Part shown: one piece after another, positions 1 through 12,686 of the stretch | Layout of the letters: each line of letters starts with the position of its first letter | Numbering within the stretch: the stretch's first letter is position 1 | DNA from: Octopus bimaculoides | Lineage: Eukaryota | Direction: 5' to 3' | Length of the DNA stretch: 56,768 nucleotides | NCBI RefSeq assembly: GCF_001194135.2 | Contig: NC_068987.1 | Location: 102,632,176-102,688,943, forward strand | Program-made: the position numbers and the translations under genes | Notes under the pieces: generated by a model | Databases searched by the model: none | What the model saw: the letters and a program-made list of their open reading frames with translations, nothing else | What the model was told of the DNA's origin: nothing

Positions 1-67
<67 letters not shown>

Positions 68-125
68 CATATATATATTTTTATATATTTATATATATGT
101 CTGTATGCATGTATGTATACACATG
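1..125. repeat. (AT)n microsatellite, decaying into (ATGT)n
   Basis: Directly visible dinucleotide run at the window start. Confidence 0.95.
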
Positions 126-619
126 TGTATGTATTTATACGTGTATTACCTTCGAATTATTTCTTGTTTTATAAACAATGACAGTTTTCTGGCCTTTACT
201 ATATCATCATGAAGAATTAACGAGTGCAGTAACAGCCACACATTTTTAGCACTATGCAGATCATACCAGAACTAGAACCAGATTCACCGTTTATCAGCTG
301 TCTTTTAATAGTGCAAGAATATATTTATTATTAGTATTCAGTTTAAGATTTATTGTTTTTCGTTTCGTTACTGACCGCTTAGGTCGCTCACGATAATGAT
401 ATTTTTGTTTCGTCTGTTCAGGCTTTTAACACGTGGAATATTTTTCCTTATATGTTTGTTAACGTTACTTTTGTTGCACATGAATATTTTATTAAAAGTA
501 GATTCATGTATGAAGTGTATGAAATGAGGTTTTAGAGTTTATTGTTTAAATATTAGCCTTAAATTTTATATTTACATTGATATAAATATCTTTTTATTTT
601 ATTTTTTTTTAAATTTTTC

Positions 620-988
620 CAGTCATTAGCTTGCGGTCATGCTAGGACACCACCTTCAAGAACTTTTCGTCGAATCAATCGACCACAGCACTTGCATTTT
701 GTTAAACCTGCTATTAATTCTATCGTTTTGGCAAACAGCTAGGTTATGGGTTGTAACGCAACACCGCTTGTCGGACGGCACTATGGGGATAAAAGAGACA
801 TAACAACACACACACACATATACCTATATTCAACAAGCTTTGTTTCAGTTTCCGTCTGCCAAATCAACTCTGAAAGCTTTGCTCGGTCCTGGGCTATAAT
901 AAAAACACCTGCCCAAGGTACCACGTATTGATACTGAAGCCAGAACCATGTGGTTGGGAAGCAAACTTCTTAACTCACAGCCACGCCT
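620..988 (-). mobile_element. tRNA-headed SINE, family B (near full length)
   Basis: The reverse complement reads aggcgtggctgtgagttaagaagtttgcttcccaaccacatggttctgg...gtaccttgggcagg...ggaaactgaa, matching the copies at 5352 and 36487. The 3' tail is ggtggtgtcctagcatgaccgcaagctaatgactg. Confidence 0.85.
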
Positions 989-1568
989 TACTCAAGTACT
1001 GATAATAGGAAAGTTTTACTTCTCAAATAACGAGAATCATAACTTTATCTTTTTCAATAGGTTCTCCGTGAGTTTTTAACCTCAGTTGACTAAGCAAAAG
1101 CTCACTGTGTCTCCTGCGCATTACAGGTTAAACCATATTATTTGCGTGATCTTGCGATTTGCAAAAAAGAAGAAAAAGGAAAAAAAGAGCAGCCAAATAA
1201 CTTGTAAATCACACCCTACATTCAACGTTTTGAGTTACAAAGGTATAGGGAAAAAATGGGATAGTCATAGCTGGAATGCTTTTAGTCAGAGATCTGCCCT
1301 TTCAGAGACGCCATGGGGCGAAACATCACTAGCAACAACTACAGCCACCTAAATAACATCTAAATATTACATACCAACCATTTTAAGGAAGGGCGCATTT
1401 AATAATGTTTTCCAAAAATACCATATTTTCAGTAAAGTGCATGAGGTAGTAAGGCAGGAATTTCTTTGATTATACTTATTCTGTACGAGAAATTAATGGA
1501 GTTAAACAAAATAATGACATATTTTATTCTTTCAAGTTTTTAGCACCACCATTATTAATGGTTATCTT

Positions 1569-1788
1569 AAGGCGGCGAGCTGGCCGTATGTTTAGCACGC
1601 AGGTCAAAATTCTTAGCGGCATTTTATCCGTCTTTACGTTCTACGCTCAAATTCCGCCCTGGCTGACTTTACCATTTATCCTTTCGGAGTCGATGAAATA
1701 AGAACCAGTTCAGAGTGGGGTCAATGTAATCGACTAGCCCCCCTCCCCAAATATTCAGGCCTTGTTCCCATAGTAGAAAAGATTATTA
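1569..1788 (+). mobile_element. tRNA-headed SINE, family A
   Basis: Reads aaggcggcgagctggc...ctcaaattccgcc...ctttaccatttatcctttcggagtcgatgaaataagaaccag...cccctccccaaat...gtagaaaagattatta, colinear with the copies at 22723, 22942 and 56455. Confidence 0.85.
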
Positions 1789-3254
1789 ATTAGTATTTTT
1801 ATCTTCTTTTTTTTTTTTGTAATTGTTCCTGTTCTTTATAGGAAATTCATTAGACAGATAGATTCTATTCTGTTTCTGTATACCCCGCCCCGTCAGACAC
1901 GTGTTCTTTGGCTTGTTTTTGTTTATAACAAATGAACTATAAGCTGCTACTACCTATCCTCTCGGAAAAAAAATTAATTAAACTACTGACAAATCTCTTT
2001 ATTCTCTTATGAAATATTTTCATCCAAACATGAAATAATTCCACTCCTGACGATGAGTTAATATCAGGCAAGAAACACGCCCACAAATAATCTTCATAGA
2101 CGTGCAGTGTACATTTGAATGTGTTTGCGCTATGGCTCAATCAATACGATCCCAAAGTCTTTCACTGTGGCCCCCATCATAGCACATCTGATTTGCCACT
2201 AAAATTAGGAGTTTCATAAAAATAGTTGAACAATTTTAATTACCGTGTGGGGTATAAAAAAACCTGAGGGATTGGGGCTTTTCTCTTCGTCTGGGCTTCA
2301 GGAAGGGAAGAAGACAAAAGTGAAAGACACACAGATTAATATAGTTGTAGATGCCTTACACAACTGTATCAACGAGTCTTTATACAACAATAATAATTTT
2401 CCATCAATCTTTCTTGCATTCTCTGATTTTATTTTTCTCTCACTTTCTTACTCCCTCTCTCTCACTCCTTTACTTCCTCTCTCTCTTCCTCTTCCCCCAC
2501 TCTCTCATACGAAATCAACTATTTCTTCATCACGTTTATATTTTCATCACCATATCCTAATGACTTCTTCCAACCTTTCTATTTTATCCATGAATTCATA
2601 ACGACTCCCATTTCTTGCTCTTAGTTGACGTGGAGTTTTGGCTCTACATATGCGCTTGACCTACTAGAAATAGAAATTATATCTCCCTCATACCACACCC
2701 AACTGTTTTTTGTAAGGAATCACTGGATGTTGTAGTTTTGCGTTCCTTGTAAATGAAAAACTTGTGACGATTATAACCAGAAACCGTTTGATCATAAATG
2801 TCTCACATGGGCCCTTGCTATATCTCATGAGACTGTGAATGTGTCTCTTAAAAGCTCCTCTGAAGAGCGCAGCAATAAGATTGGTACATTTTCACTTTTT
2901 TTTTTTTTTTTTTTTTTTTGCTACTCATGCATGCAAATCTCGTCTCACCACCGTTGATATCTAAGGACAAGTTAAGCACCGGTCGATTTTTGAGACACAG
3001 TTGTCGTGTGTGTTGTTGTCACTACTCAAACAGCTAGAAAAGATACTACAAAGAATCTAGTCCGGTGTTGTAAATCTTCCACTATTCCGTTGCCCAACAC
3101 TGTTTCTTTATTTGTCAATTACTAAAGGATCTTAGGTGGAGATTGATTTGAATCCAGGGTGAAGCAATTTGGAAACACCATCACAAGTTATTTTATTGAG
3201 ATGTAAAAAGTCTCCCGAGTCACCGACTGGAAGGTGAACAACTAGAACAACAGT

Positions 3255-3303
3255 AATGGCACCACCACTACCACCACTACCACCACCACCACCACCACCA
3301 CCA
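3255..3303. repeat. (CCA/CTA)n trinucleotide repeat
   Basis: Visible run; it explains the Gly-rich ORF 3132-3347. Confidence 0.9.
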
Positions 3304-3785
3304 TCAACTCCCTGCACTAAAAGTAAAATCAATGGTAAGAACGGCAAAAGAAGTAGAAAATAATGGGGAACTACAACAACAAAAATATCTCAATGTACTC
3401 TATTCAATAGGTGGGTGGGGAATCAGTAGCCAAGTGGGATCGCATTGCCTATAACCCTTTATAAATTCGTGAGAGATAGGGAAGACAATATCCTCAAATC
3501 GGAATCTTGATCCGTACACCAACAAATTCGAATCTGTTAATATCACCAAGGACTAGGTGATACTATTAAACCAGGTAACATATTCAGATTACAACTCAGG
3601 TAGGGTATGTTGGGTTCCCATGCGCTACTCAGTGCAGCAGGGAATCCGTCTGGCATTTAGGCCAATACTCAGCCAGGCACAGCGTTATTGATTTCGAAGG
3701 AATGAAATGCAATGTTGAATCCAATCAATTTCGAATTTATGACATAGAAAATTATATTGTATCCGACGTTCTAACCTATTTGCTT

Positions 3786-3791
<6 letters not shown>

Positions 3792-3836
<45 letters not shown>
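3792..3836. repeat. (TG)n microsatellite
   Basis: Visible run. Confidence 0.95.
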
Positions 3837-3842
<6 letters not shown>

Positions 3843-4384
3843 GTCATTAAAGACTTAAAATTTCAGAGGAATTATTAATTAATTATTTCTAAGAGTCTGC
3901 AGTGTGGGAGAGTTTTGTTCATTAAATATATTGCAGTATTTGACTAGTACTTTAAATTGACGGCTTCTGTACTCAACTCTAGTTTCCATTTCACAATCAC
4001 ATTAATCTATAAATTGGTCAGTGACCTGTGATACTATCGGCTTAACTGATTATAGGATCAAACGTATTAAAAGATGATGAGCTCAAATATAATCGATACT
4101 CGTCAAATACACGTTGAAAAGGAAGATGAGGTCGACGATCGATACAATTGAAAAAGTTCGATGAATCAATGAATATGTTGGGATGGGGATGACCACGATG
4201 TGCTGATGATCATGATGGAGTTGAGAAAGCAAAATAATTGACTGCAGGGATGGCATTGATGACACTGGCGGCGATAAGGTGAAAGACAGACAGTGTTTTG
4301 ATGATGATCGTAATGACGATGATGTTGGCTTTGAAAGCAAAGATGAAGTGCAGGTAATGTTAAAATGGTAAAGTAGAACATTTT

Positions 4385-4410
4385 GATAATGATGATGATG
4401 ATGATGAAGG

Positions 4411-4454
<44 letters not shown>

Positions 4455-4648
4455 TCGATGACGATGATGATGACGACGATGATGATGACGACAGTGACGA
4501 TGACGATGACGACGACGACAACGACGATGATGATGATGATGATGATGATGATGACGATGATGATGATGATGATGATGATGAAGGTGGTGGTGGTGATGAT
4601 GATGATGATGACGATAATGATGACGATGACGATGACGACGACGACGAC

Positions 4649-4683
<35 letters not shown>

Positions 4684-4752
4684 CGATGACGATGACGACG
4701 ACGACGATGATGATGATGATGATGATGATATTGTTATCGATGACTATGATGA
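4385..4752. repeat. Compound (GAT/GAC)n trinucleotide repeat
   Basis: About 360 bp of GAT/GAC units with an internally duplicated block (4611-4670 and 4671-4727). It generates the poly-Met and poly-Ile ORFs in the track. Confidence 0.95.
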
Positions 4753-4931
4753 CATTTATCCGAAACGGCAACACTGACGAAGCAGATAATCATGCTAATG
4801 ATGGCGGTAACAGAGATGAAAATCCCCAATTGTCAAACTGAAGACGACAGCACTTGTCATTATCATGATGAAGAGAACGATACGAGTAATGAGCGAGAAC
4901 CATGCCAACGTTCATAGATGTGATATTCATA

Positions 4932-5150
4932 ATCCAATCTGTTATAGGCACAAGGCCCGAAACCTTGTGGGGAGGAGATTAGTCGATTACATCGACCCCA
5001 GTGTTTTACTGGTACTTAATATATCGATCCCGAAAGGATGACAGGCAAAGTCGACCTCGGTGGAATTTGAACTCAGAACGTAGCGACGGGCAAAATACTG
5101 CTGAGCATTTCATCGAGATTTCTAACGATTTTGCCAGCGTGACGGCCTTG
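4932..5150 (-). mobile_element. SINE family A with 12-bp target-site duplication
   Basis: Reverse complement of family A, flanked by the perfect direct repeat gtgatattcata at 4920-4931 and 5151-5162. Confidence 0.88.
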
Positions 5151-5351
5151 GTGATATTCATATTGACGAGGTAATGTTGTTGATAATGGTCATGTATGTG
5201 ATGATGAAGATGATGAAGATGATGAAGATGATGAAGATGATGAAGATCATAATCATGTTACGATGATGACAATGACGTCAATTTAGTTTTTTAAGAATAA
5301 TCTATGGCGAAAGATATTCCAGCCATGACAATCCATCCTATATCTTTTTTA

Positions 5352-5716
5352 GACTTGGCTGTGTGGTAAGAAGCTTGCTTTCCCGCTTCGTGGCACCTTG
5401 GGCAAGTATCTTCTACTATAGCCTCGAGCCAGACAAATCCTTATGAGTAGATTTGGAAGACGGAAACTGAAAGATGCCCGTCGTTTATATGTATATATCT
5501 ATTTCCGTGTGTCTGTGTTCATCCCCCCCCCCCAGCACCGAACAGCAATCAGTGCTGGTGTGTTTGCGACCCCGCAACTTAGTGGTCAGGCAAAAAAGAA
5601 CGACATGATAAATACGAAACCTTAAGAAAAAATACGCACTAAGTTCGATACGTTCGACGTAAATTTCTTCAAGGCAGTGCTCCAGCATGGCCTTCGTCTA
5701 ATGACTGGAGCAAGTA
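5352..5716 (+). mobile_element. tRNA-headed SINE, family B (near full length)
   Basis: Reads ttggctgtgtggtaagaagcttgc...ggcaccttgggcaagtatcttctactatagcc...ggaaactgaaagatgcccgtcg, with 3' tail aaggcagtgctccagcatggcc...atgactggagcaagta. Confidence 0.88.
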
Positions 5717-7142
5717 ATTAACTGTATCAAAGACTACAAACTACAATGCGTCGGCGGGATTTAATTTGATGATAATTTGGCTCCTACTACTAGTGTTCTC
5801 GGTGAGCAAGTATATTTATCGGTTATTAACAGAAACGGGCAGTATTTACCTTAGCAAACTTCAGATTAAATAGTACACTATGCGTCACACTATGTTAGAA
5901 GACACGTAATACGAGGTAAACATACATGTTGGAGTACTTATGGCTTTTTAGTCCAGTTCCAACTCTATTAGAACAGACATATTATTAAGGACTAAAAGAG
6001 AGGATTTCATTTATCTAAGAATTCTTTCCCTTTTTCTTTTGAGAGAAATATGAGATGGATTCGATTATATTTTTTTCCACGCCAATCAAGCAACTACGTT
6101 GATCTGTTGGAATAATGTAGATATCCACAGGAAATATTTTTTTAGAATTTAAGGCATATTTTTTCAACGTAGATAATTAGCAGCATTTCGAAAATAATTT
6201 AACTTTTGACATCACTGCAATACCTGCGAAACTGAACATCTAAGAATGGTGCCATTAGTTTGGAAAATCTACACTATATTGTGATCCTCATTCTTTTGAC
6301 AATCTGTTGTTCTGAATTTGCGATGATGCTGCGTTTCCGATTTGTTTTCTTGAACAAGCGAGTTATATCTGCATTAGATTCTTTTCGGGAGCGTAAAACA
6401 AACATTTCATGAATTAAATGCAAACATATTAGTAATAAAGATGATTCAGTGAAAATAGATTAGCACCGCATTGATCTAAGAAACGCTTAGTTCCTCCAAG
6501 AGATTGAATTCGAATTGTTTTCAACCTATTTCCAAAATAATTATTGAATTGGAAACTATTTCAAGGACCAGGCTTTTACAAACAAATGAGCTTTAGTTCT
6601 CTACTTGAAAATGGATTTAATAATAATGAAAGCTATCACTAACGAACACTGATGCTGAGAAAATATTAGATTTTTGAAGATGTTGACTCAGAATATAAAA
6701 ATAAGATTTTCACTAATGAAGCAACTATCTCAATTTCAAGAAAAATATTATGTGCTCAATCGAAAACGGTTATTGGAAATAATAAATTGCTTCTCCTTAG
6801 TGATGAAATTATTTAAAATAAAGAGGAATATAATCATATTGCAACTGATTCAGTGCATCTTTTCTCTTATAGGATGATATGAAGGAAAGGCTACATGAGT
6901 TCCACTCAATTTCGAATCAGTATTTAAAGTGTTGTAGACGAAAGACTGTAAGATATCAAGTCAAGCATTCTACAATTTCAAGTATTTCACCATATGAAAA
7001 AATTGGAGTTAAATATCCTTGTTCTATCTTAAATGATAAATATACTGAGATCCTTGCACATATAATAACTTTTATCTGTTATCTTTATGTACAAAGAAAG
7101 AGGCGGGGAGAGTAAACGAGAGGGGACAGACGGACAGGCAGA

Positions 7143-7143
7143 G

Positions 7144-7218
<75 letters not shown>
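7143..7218. repeat. (GATA)n tetranucleotide repeat
   Basis: Visible run. Confidence 0.95.
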
Positions 7219-7219
<1 letters not shown>

Positions 7220-7488
7220 GTGGGTGTGGATTGATTTGGAAATGCATTTACGATAAAAAAATTTAAAGTAAGTTTTTAAAATGTGCTTAATTTAGCACGA
7301 ATTACACCACAGGGTTCGTGAAGAACAACAGGACAAGTTTCACCTGGTCATTACTGTTGCCTCAAGCTTTTTTTAATTCATACGATCTACAGAGAGAGAG
7401 AGAGGAAGAACCTCTGAGATATGGCGTCAGAGATATGGAGTAAGAGAAATAATTACAAAGCAAAATATATAAATTTGATTATATCATA

Positions 7489-8750
7489 CGCGGTGTGTTC
7501 ATTAAAAGTTTCCTCTGAGCCACTTCCGTTTAGTGCAGGAAACAGAATCATATATGTTTCTACATGTCACATTGCAAATAGTAGCTTTTCCTTAGTAATC
7601 GTTTGTGTCTTAGGCTGCTGAAGTGGACTAAAGTATTAAAGTGAAGGCAATTGAATGCAGATCAGTGATCAGGTTCTTATACTGGAAACATCGAACACCA
7701 AAAGAAACTTTCGACGAGATGAAAGGTTCATGTGACGATGCACCATCATACGACGTAGTCAAACACTAGCATCGCCACTTCAAATGTGATCAAACATCGG
7801 TGAAAACTGCTCCTATTCCTGGACGAACACATTCCGCCATTAATGATGACACCATGCATAAAGTGGAAGCCGCCATTTTGGAGGGTCGCCGCATAACTAT
7901 TCGGCAACTAGCCCAGGAAGTGAAGATAAGTGTAGGATCTGCAGAAAAAAATCATTCACGACCATTTGCACAAGCGGAAGTTGTCTGCACGATGGATTTC
8001 CCGGATGCTCACACCTTTTCAGAAGCAGAAACGAGTAATTGCTCCCGGGTTCTTTCGAAATAAAAACAAAGAGGACATTGTCCCGCAGAATTATCACACA
8101 TGATGAAACATGTGTTTATCACCATGACCCAGAGACTAAAGTCCAGTCGAAGCAATGGAAGCATGATAACGCACCACCTACAAAGAACGTTTGTGGTCAA
8201 CTATCAACAGGCTAGGTGATGCTAACACTCTTTTGGACCAGCGCAGAGTATTGATGATGGATTTTTGTAGCAAATGTCACCACAATTAACGGGGTATATT
8301 ATACTTCTCTGCTGCAGAAATTGCAGGACGCCATTGAAGCAGAGAGTAAGCTAAACAAAGTAGTCTGCCTCCTCCAAGACAACGCCCCAGTTCACAATGC
8401 ACATTTTGCCCAGGTGAAAGCACATTTCTGCGGCTATGAAATCTTTCCTCATCCCCCTAATTCTCCTGATCTCGCACCATCTGACTCCCAGCCCTTTTCA
8501 AACATGAAATCTTCTTTGAAGGGGAAGCACTTTTCGGATTATGATGAACTTATTTCCGAGGTAAAGTCTTGGCTCCAGATGCAACCTATGAACTTCTACA
8601 GACGAAGACTTCAAAGCTGCATACAGTTATGGGAGAAGTGTGTCACCATTGGTGGTGGCTATATAGAGAAAGACTAATAATTATGCCAAATTTCATTTAT
8701 CCCAGGCCTTGGCAAGTAGGTCAGGAAAAATCTTTAATGAACACCTCTCG
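7489..8750 (+). mobile_element. Mariner (Tc1/mariner, DD34D) DNA transposon, full-length fossil, 1262 bp
   Basis: Imperfect TIRs: cgcggtgtgttcattaaa at the left, and cgagaggtgttcattaaa as the reverse complement of the right end. TA dinucleotides flank both ends (7487-7488 and 8751-8752), and a transposase remnant lies inside. Confidence 0.93.
7641..8677 (+). pseudogene. Mariner transposase pseudogene (stops and frameshifts)
   Basis: Translated pieces include IECRSVIRFLY, APSYDVVK*, RRITIRQLAQEVKISVGS, RKLSARWISRMLT (WVPHEL-like), IITHDETCVYHHDPETK, LLQDNAPVH and HPPNSPDLAPSD. There are 34 residues between the second and third catalytic D. Confidence 0.93.
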
Positions 8751-9492
8751 TACGTAGCTTACAAGCAATGATCAAGTCATAGTACTTCCTGAGATGCATA
8801 CCATTTGAGCCACTGACGTCACAGATTAATTAACATGGGCCATGATGAATCGGTAAGAAACGGTAAAATAATCTAAGTTACTCTTCAATTCATATCCTCT
8901 GTAAAAAGACGTGTAACCAATATGTCGATATGCACACCGAGATTAAATGTACTTTAATAAACGCGTAAATTTGTTTATAATTTTATCCGTGAACACACTG
9001 TTGTAGTTGTTCACGAATCTACTTTTGCCAAGAACTGTACTGACAAGGAAATAATGAGCGGACGAATTACAAGTGGATTTCCTTGAGATGAGTATTGATT
9101 GTGTCTTTTTGACATTGATGGGAACGAGACGCTCATGCCACGTTTGTCACAGAAATATAATGAAACTCATGCAATTCTAATAACATCATTAACTTCTAAC
9201 ATTAATCTTGGATTTACATCGATTATGATAATTATATATAGTAACAGGAAATGTACCATTCTGATCATGGATAAGTTGCTTACTTTTTTTTTTGCCAAAT
9301 CTCAGAAATTACAAGGGTACTTTAAATCCTTAGCACTCGAAATAAAGCAACAAACTAAAAACATTATGGCACTGTATGTGAGAATACGCAATGCAATTCT
9401 CATTAATATGCATTTAAGGTATATCCTGTAGAAAGGATTTGTTAATAGCTCAAATTCGTTCAACCAACTACATACACGGCTCATAGGTCTAC

Positions 9493-9704
9493 TGTGGAGG
9501 CTCGTGGCTTAGTGGTTAGTGTGTTGGACTCATGACCGTAAGATTATGGTATCGATCCATGGACCGGATGATGCGTTGTGTTCGTGAGCGAAATACTTCA
9601 TTTCACGCTGCTCCAGTCAACACAGCTGGTATAAATGAATAATCCTGCGACGGACTGGCGTCCCATCCAGGTGGGGTATTCATGCACCATGGAAATCGGA
9701 ATGA
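9493..9704 (+). mobile_element. tRNA-headed SINE, family C
   Basis: A-box-like tggcttagtgg and B-box-like ggtatcgatcc, then gttgtgttcgtgagcgaaatacttcatttcacg (shared with 22395-22683) and the core cctgcgacggactggcgtcccatccagg. Confidence 0.78.
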
Positions 9705-11243
9705 TTCAAGAAGGTAACCAACTAAGATAGGTCCACTCGAACATATCTGACATGGGATAAACAACGGCCAATACAACAACAACAAAAATTTGTGCATCAA
9801 TAACTCGAAACACTATATAAATACTGAAAGAATTAACTTTACGTTCTTCATATTATTTCTCTCTACATCTATTGCATTACATTCGTTTAAAAAAAAGTTT
9901 TAACAACATTGCATTATTTAAAGCGACCACTGAAACATATTTTCTTTCTAAAGTTTTGACATGGCCTCTATGTAAATGGATTTTTTTTTCTAGTTCTTAA
10001 AGTTTGTATCTTTGTAAGTGCTATGCTACGATATCCTCGAGGTAAGTTGGAATATCTGAGATTTGTTCAACTAACTTCACGTTGAGATCGTATAAAATTC
10101 TATCAGCTCACTTCTGAAACGATAATTGTGCTTGGCAACTGACTTAGGTTGACCCTCAACCAGCTGTTCTCGTCAGGCGTAAATATCTTCCGGATAACTT
10201 TTTGTATTGTATTGCAATTGTCGTTGAGTTTTTTTTTATATATATTTTTTTCTACTGATACGTACATATTATTAGTGTTAATACTGTAATTGCTGGGCAT
10301 AAATTAAAAAAGGAAATATAGATTTTATTATTGGTATGGAAATTATTAGTTCTAAAGAGATTGTAGCTGTAGTTGTTGCTACACGGTAGTAGTTATTGTA
10401 GCTAAGGCTACTGTTTTCCTTCGATTCTTTTCAATCTTAATTGTCTTACTACTACTACTACTACTACTGGCTGACTGACTGACTGATGCTGCCGTTATTG
10501 GTACCCTTGTATTTCATCATCAGCATCATCATCATCGTCGTCGTCGTTCTCGACGTCATTTTCTTATTCTTGTCACATTACTTCTACTCATTTTTTTTTT
10601 CTTTCTTTACCTCATTTCACTCATTTCTTTCACCACCTTCTAAAACTAGTAAAATAATTTTGAAAGCAATTTTATAACCAGACCAGACTTTAAAGTTTAA
10701 CTTCTTTAATTCTAGATTGCACCTGTATTCCACCATACATGATAACTCATTCCAGTGGAAAACGAAATATCTTCACGCTCCACCTGCAAATTGCTTATCT
10801 CCATCTCCATACATTATACATTTTTCGTATCTATATTGTATTTATATGTTTTACATCACACCATGTTTTTGCGTGATTTTTGCTCTTTTGCTTGATAAAT
10901 TCAAAACTCCTGCTTCTCCTTCCCAAAACAAATAATATGAAAAACTAACCGACCAATATAACTGTTGTACACCAACGTGCCACACAACGCAATTATAGTA
11001 TTACATCTGGGCATTGTTTCCTGGCATTCTGTAGGTTATGATGACGACGATTCCAGTTTTCCCAAACAATCCACAAACTCGTGCGCCCTTAACGTAGTTC
11101 TCAAAGAGATGGATAGACACAAAGAAAGCACAAAGACACTTATGAATGTATACACACATACATCTATATCTATCTATCTATATATACATATAATATGATA
11201 TATATATATATATATGTATGTACGTATGTATGTATACATTTGC

Positions 11244-11303
<60 letters not shown>

Positions 11304-11762
11304 NNNNNNNNNNNNNNNNNNNNNNNNNNNNNNNNNNNNNNNNNNNNNNNNNNNNNNNNNNNNNNNNNNNNNNNNNNNNNNNNNNNNNNNNNNNNNNNNN
11401 NNNNNNNNNNNNNNNNNNNNNNNNNNNNNNNNNNNNNNNNNNNNNNNNNNNNNNNNNNNNNNNNNNNNNNNNNNNNNNNNNNNNNNNNNNNNNNNNNNNN
11501 NNNNNNNNNNNNNNNNNNNNNNNNNNNNNNNNNNNNNNNNNNNNNNNNNNNNNNNNNNNNNNNNNNNNNNNNNNNNNNNNNNNNNNNNNNNNNNNNNNNN
11601 NNNNNNNNNNNNNNNNNNNNNNNNNNNNNNNNNNNNNNNNNNNNNNNNNNNNNNNNNNNNNNNNNNNNNNNNNNNNNNNNNNNNNNNNNNNNNNNNNNNN
11701 NNNNNNNNNNNNNNNNNNNNNNNNNNNNNNNNNNNNNNNNNNNNNNNNNNNNNNNNNNNNNN
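11304..11762. other. Assembly gap (first of ten N-runs)
   Basis: Other gaps: 16073-16529, 28356-28365, 32611-32945, 33992-34393, 41472-41705, 46699-46920, 48136-48279, 50091-50244 and 55281-55341. Nearly all abut (AT)n or (CA)n runs. Confidence 0.97.
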
Positions 11763-11789
11763 TTATATATATCGTCTTTTAATCTCTTC

Positions 11790-11875
11790 TGACTTTCAGC
11801 CTAGATAAATGCCTTGCTCATGCTGGGGCACCACTGCTATCACCACCTTTTCAATAGTTATTTTCATGTAGTTGT
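11790..11875 (-). mobile_element. Short 3'-end fragment of the CR1/L2-group LINE
   Basis: The reverse complement ctattgaaaaggtggtgatagcagtggtgccccagcatg resembles the LINE end at 27482-27530 (ctattgaaaaagtaatgatattggcagtgccccatcatg). Confidence 0.55.
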
Positions 11876-11888
11876 AAAGGTATGTTAC

Positions 11889-12368
11889 TTTGAGAATAGA
11901 AATAATACATTTCTAAATCACTCAGAGAGATTTATGCAGTGGCAGCACAATAAAGTCGTAGTGTGTTGTCGACTTAGTGTGACAGTCCCATGAAAGGTAA
12001 GACTGCTACTGTTATTTAGGCCTAGGAAACACCGTTTCCTGTTGAACTTGACAATTTTCCTGTTTCTCTATGTTTTCAATGTGAAGATAAACACCTCCAC
12101 CCAGCAAAGCCCGCATCCAGAGACTAGTTTCGGAGTCATTGCTCCTCATCAGTCTGGAGTAGCATGGTCTGCTAGCTGTCGATGCCTATTCGCACTTGAA
12201 GACATATATCATCAAGTGAAATACATTCACTGATTTTTGAAAATAGAAATAATACATTTTTAAATCTCTCAGGAAATGTGTCATGTCCAACAGGAAACGG
12301 TGTTTCCTAGGGCTAAATAACAGTAGAATTCTTCCCTTTCATGGGACTGTCACATTAAGCTGACAACA
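11889..12368. mobile_element. Foldback element with 90-bp inverted repeats, a 37-bp direct repeat and an internal hammerhead (probably derived from a Penelope-like pLTR)
   Basis: IR arms 11964-12053 and 12279-12368 match at 81/90. The direct repeat 11889-11925 vs 12236-12272 matches at 34/37. The hammerhead lies at 12116-12158. Confidence 0.75.
12116..12158 (-). ncRNA. Minimal type I hammerhead ribozyme motif, canonical core
   Basis: The minus strand reads UCCAGA-CUGAUGA-GGAG-caauga-CUCC-GAAAC-UA-GUC^UCUGGA. It has a 6-bp stem I, a 4-bp stem II, a palindromic ACUAGU stem III and a GUC cleavage triplet. Confidence 0.82.
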
Positions 12369-12566
12369 TATAATCACTGTATGTTTCTTTGTTATTACTG
12401 TTTTCAGATTTGATTTTAGCCTTGAGGGCATGGTATATGTCATGCCATTTATGGGCTTTCGAGAAGGTTGATATTGATAATGTTTATATTTGACAAAGTT
12501 TATCAAACACGCCTGGTCAAGTGGGAAAGCTTATGGGTATCGATGTCAACAACTGGCAAAAAAAAA

Positions 12567-12686
12567 CCCCGAAAAGATGAAAGGTAAAGTCGAGCTTCGC
12601 GAAATTTGAACTCAGAAATAAAGACTGACGAAATATCGCTAAGCATTTCGCCCGACGTGCTAACGATTCTACCAGCTCGCCACCTT
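12567..12686 (-). mobile_element. SINE family A, 5' portion
   Basis: Reads gatgaaaggtaaagtcgagc...tttgaactcagaa...ctaacgattctaccagctcgccacctt. Confidence 0.82.

Noticed and set aside
1937-2140. 67-aa minus-strand ORF in relatively complex sequence near a GC box (1883-1891)
   Set aside because: It has a non-ATG start, no recognisable domain and no clear splice signals.
4364-4777. Stop-free poly-Asp reading frame reminiscent of acidic mollusc biomineralisation proteins (Aspein/Asprich-like); also the poly-Met and poly-Ile ORFs 4383-4841 and 4166-4774
   Set aside because: There is no start codon or signal peptide, an in-frame stop lies just upstream (4361), and there is no polypyrimidine acceptor. 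A decaying (GAT)n microsatellite gives the same pattern.
6673-7030. Semi-open frame (FEDVDSEYKNKIFTNEATISISRK...) that looked like a decayed transposase
   Set aside because: It has about five stops in 120 codons and no second diagnostic motif or TIRs, so it cannot be distinguished from AT-rich background.
10148-10168. Partial similarity to miR-133 (ccctcaaccagctgt)
   Set aside because: The seed region differs and no precursor hairpin is evident.
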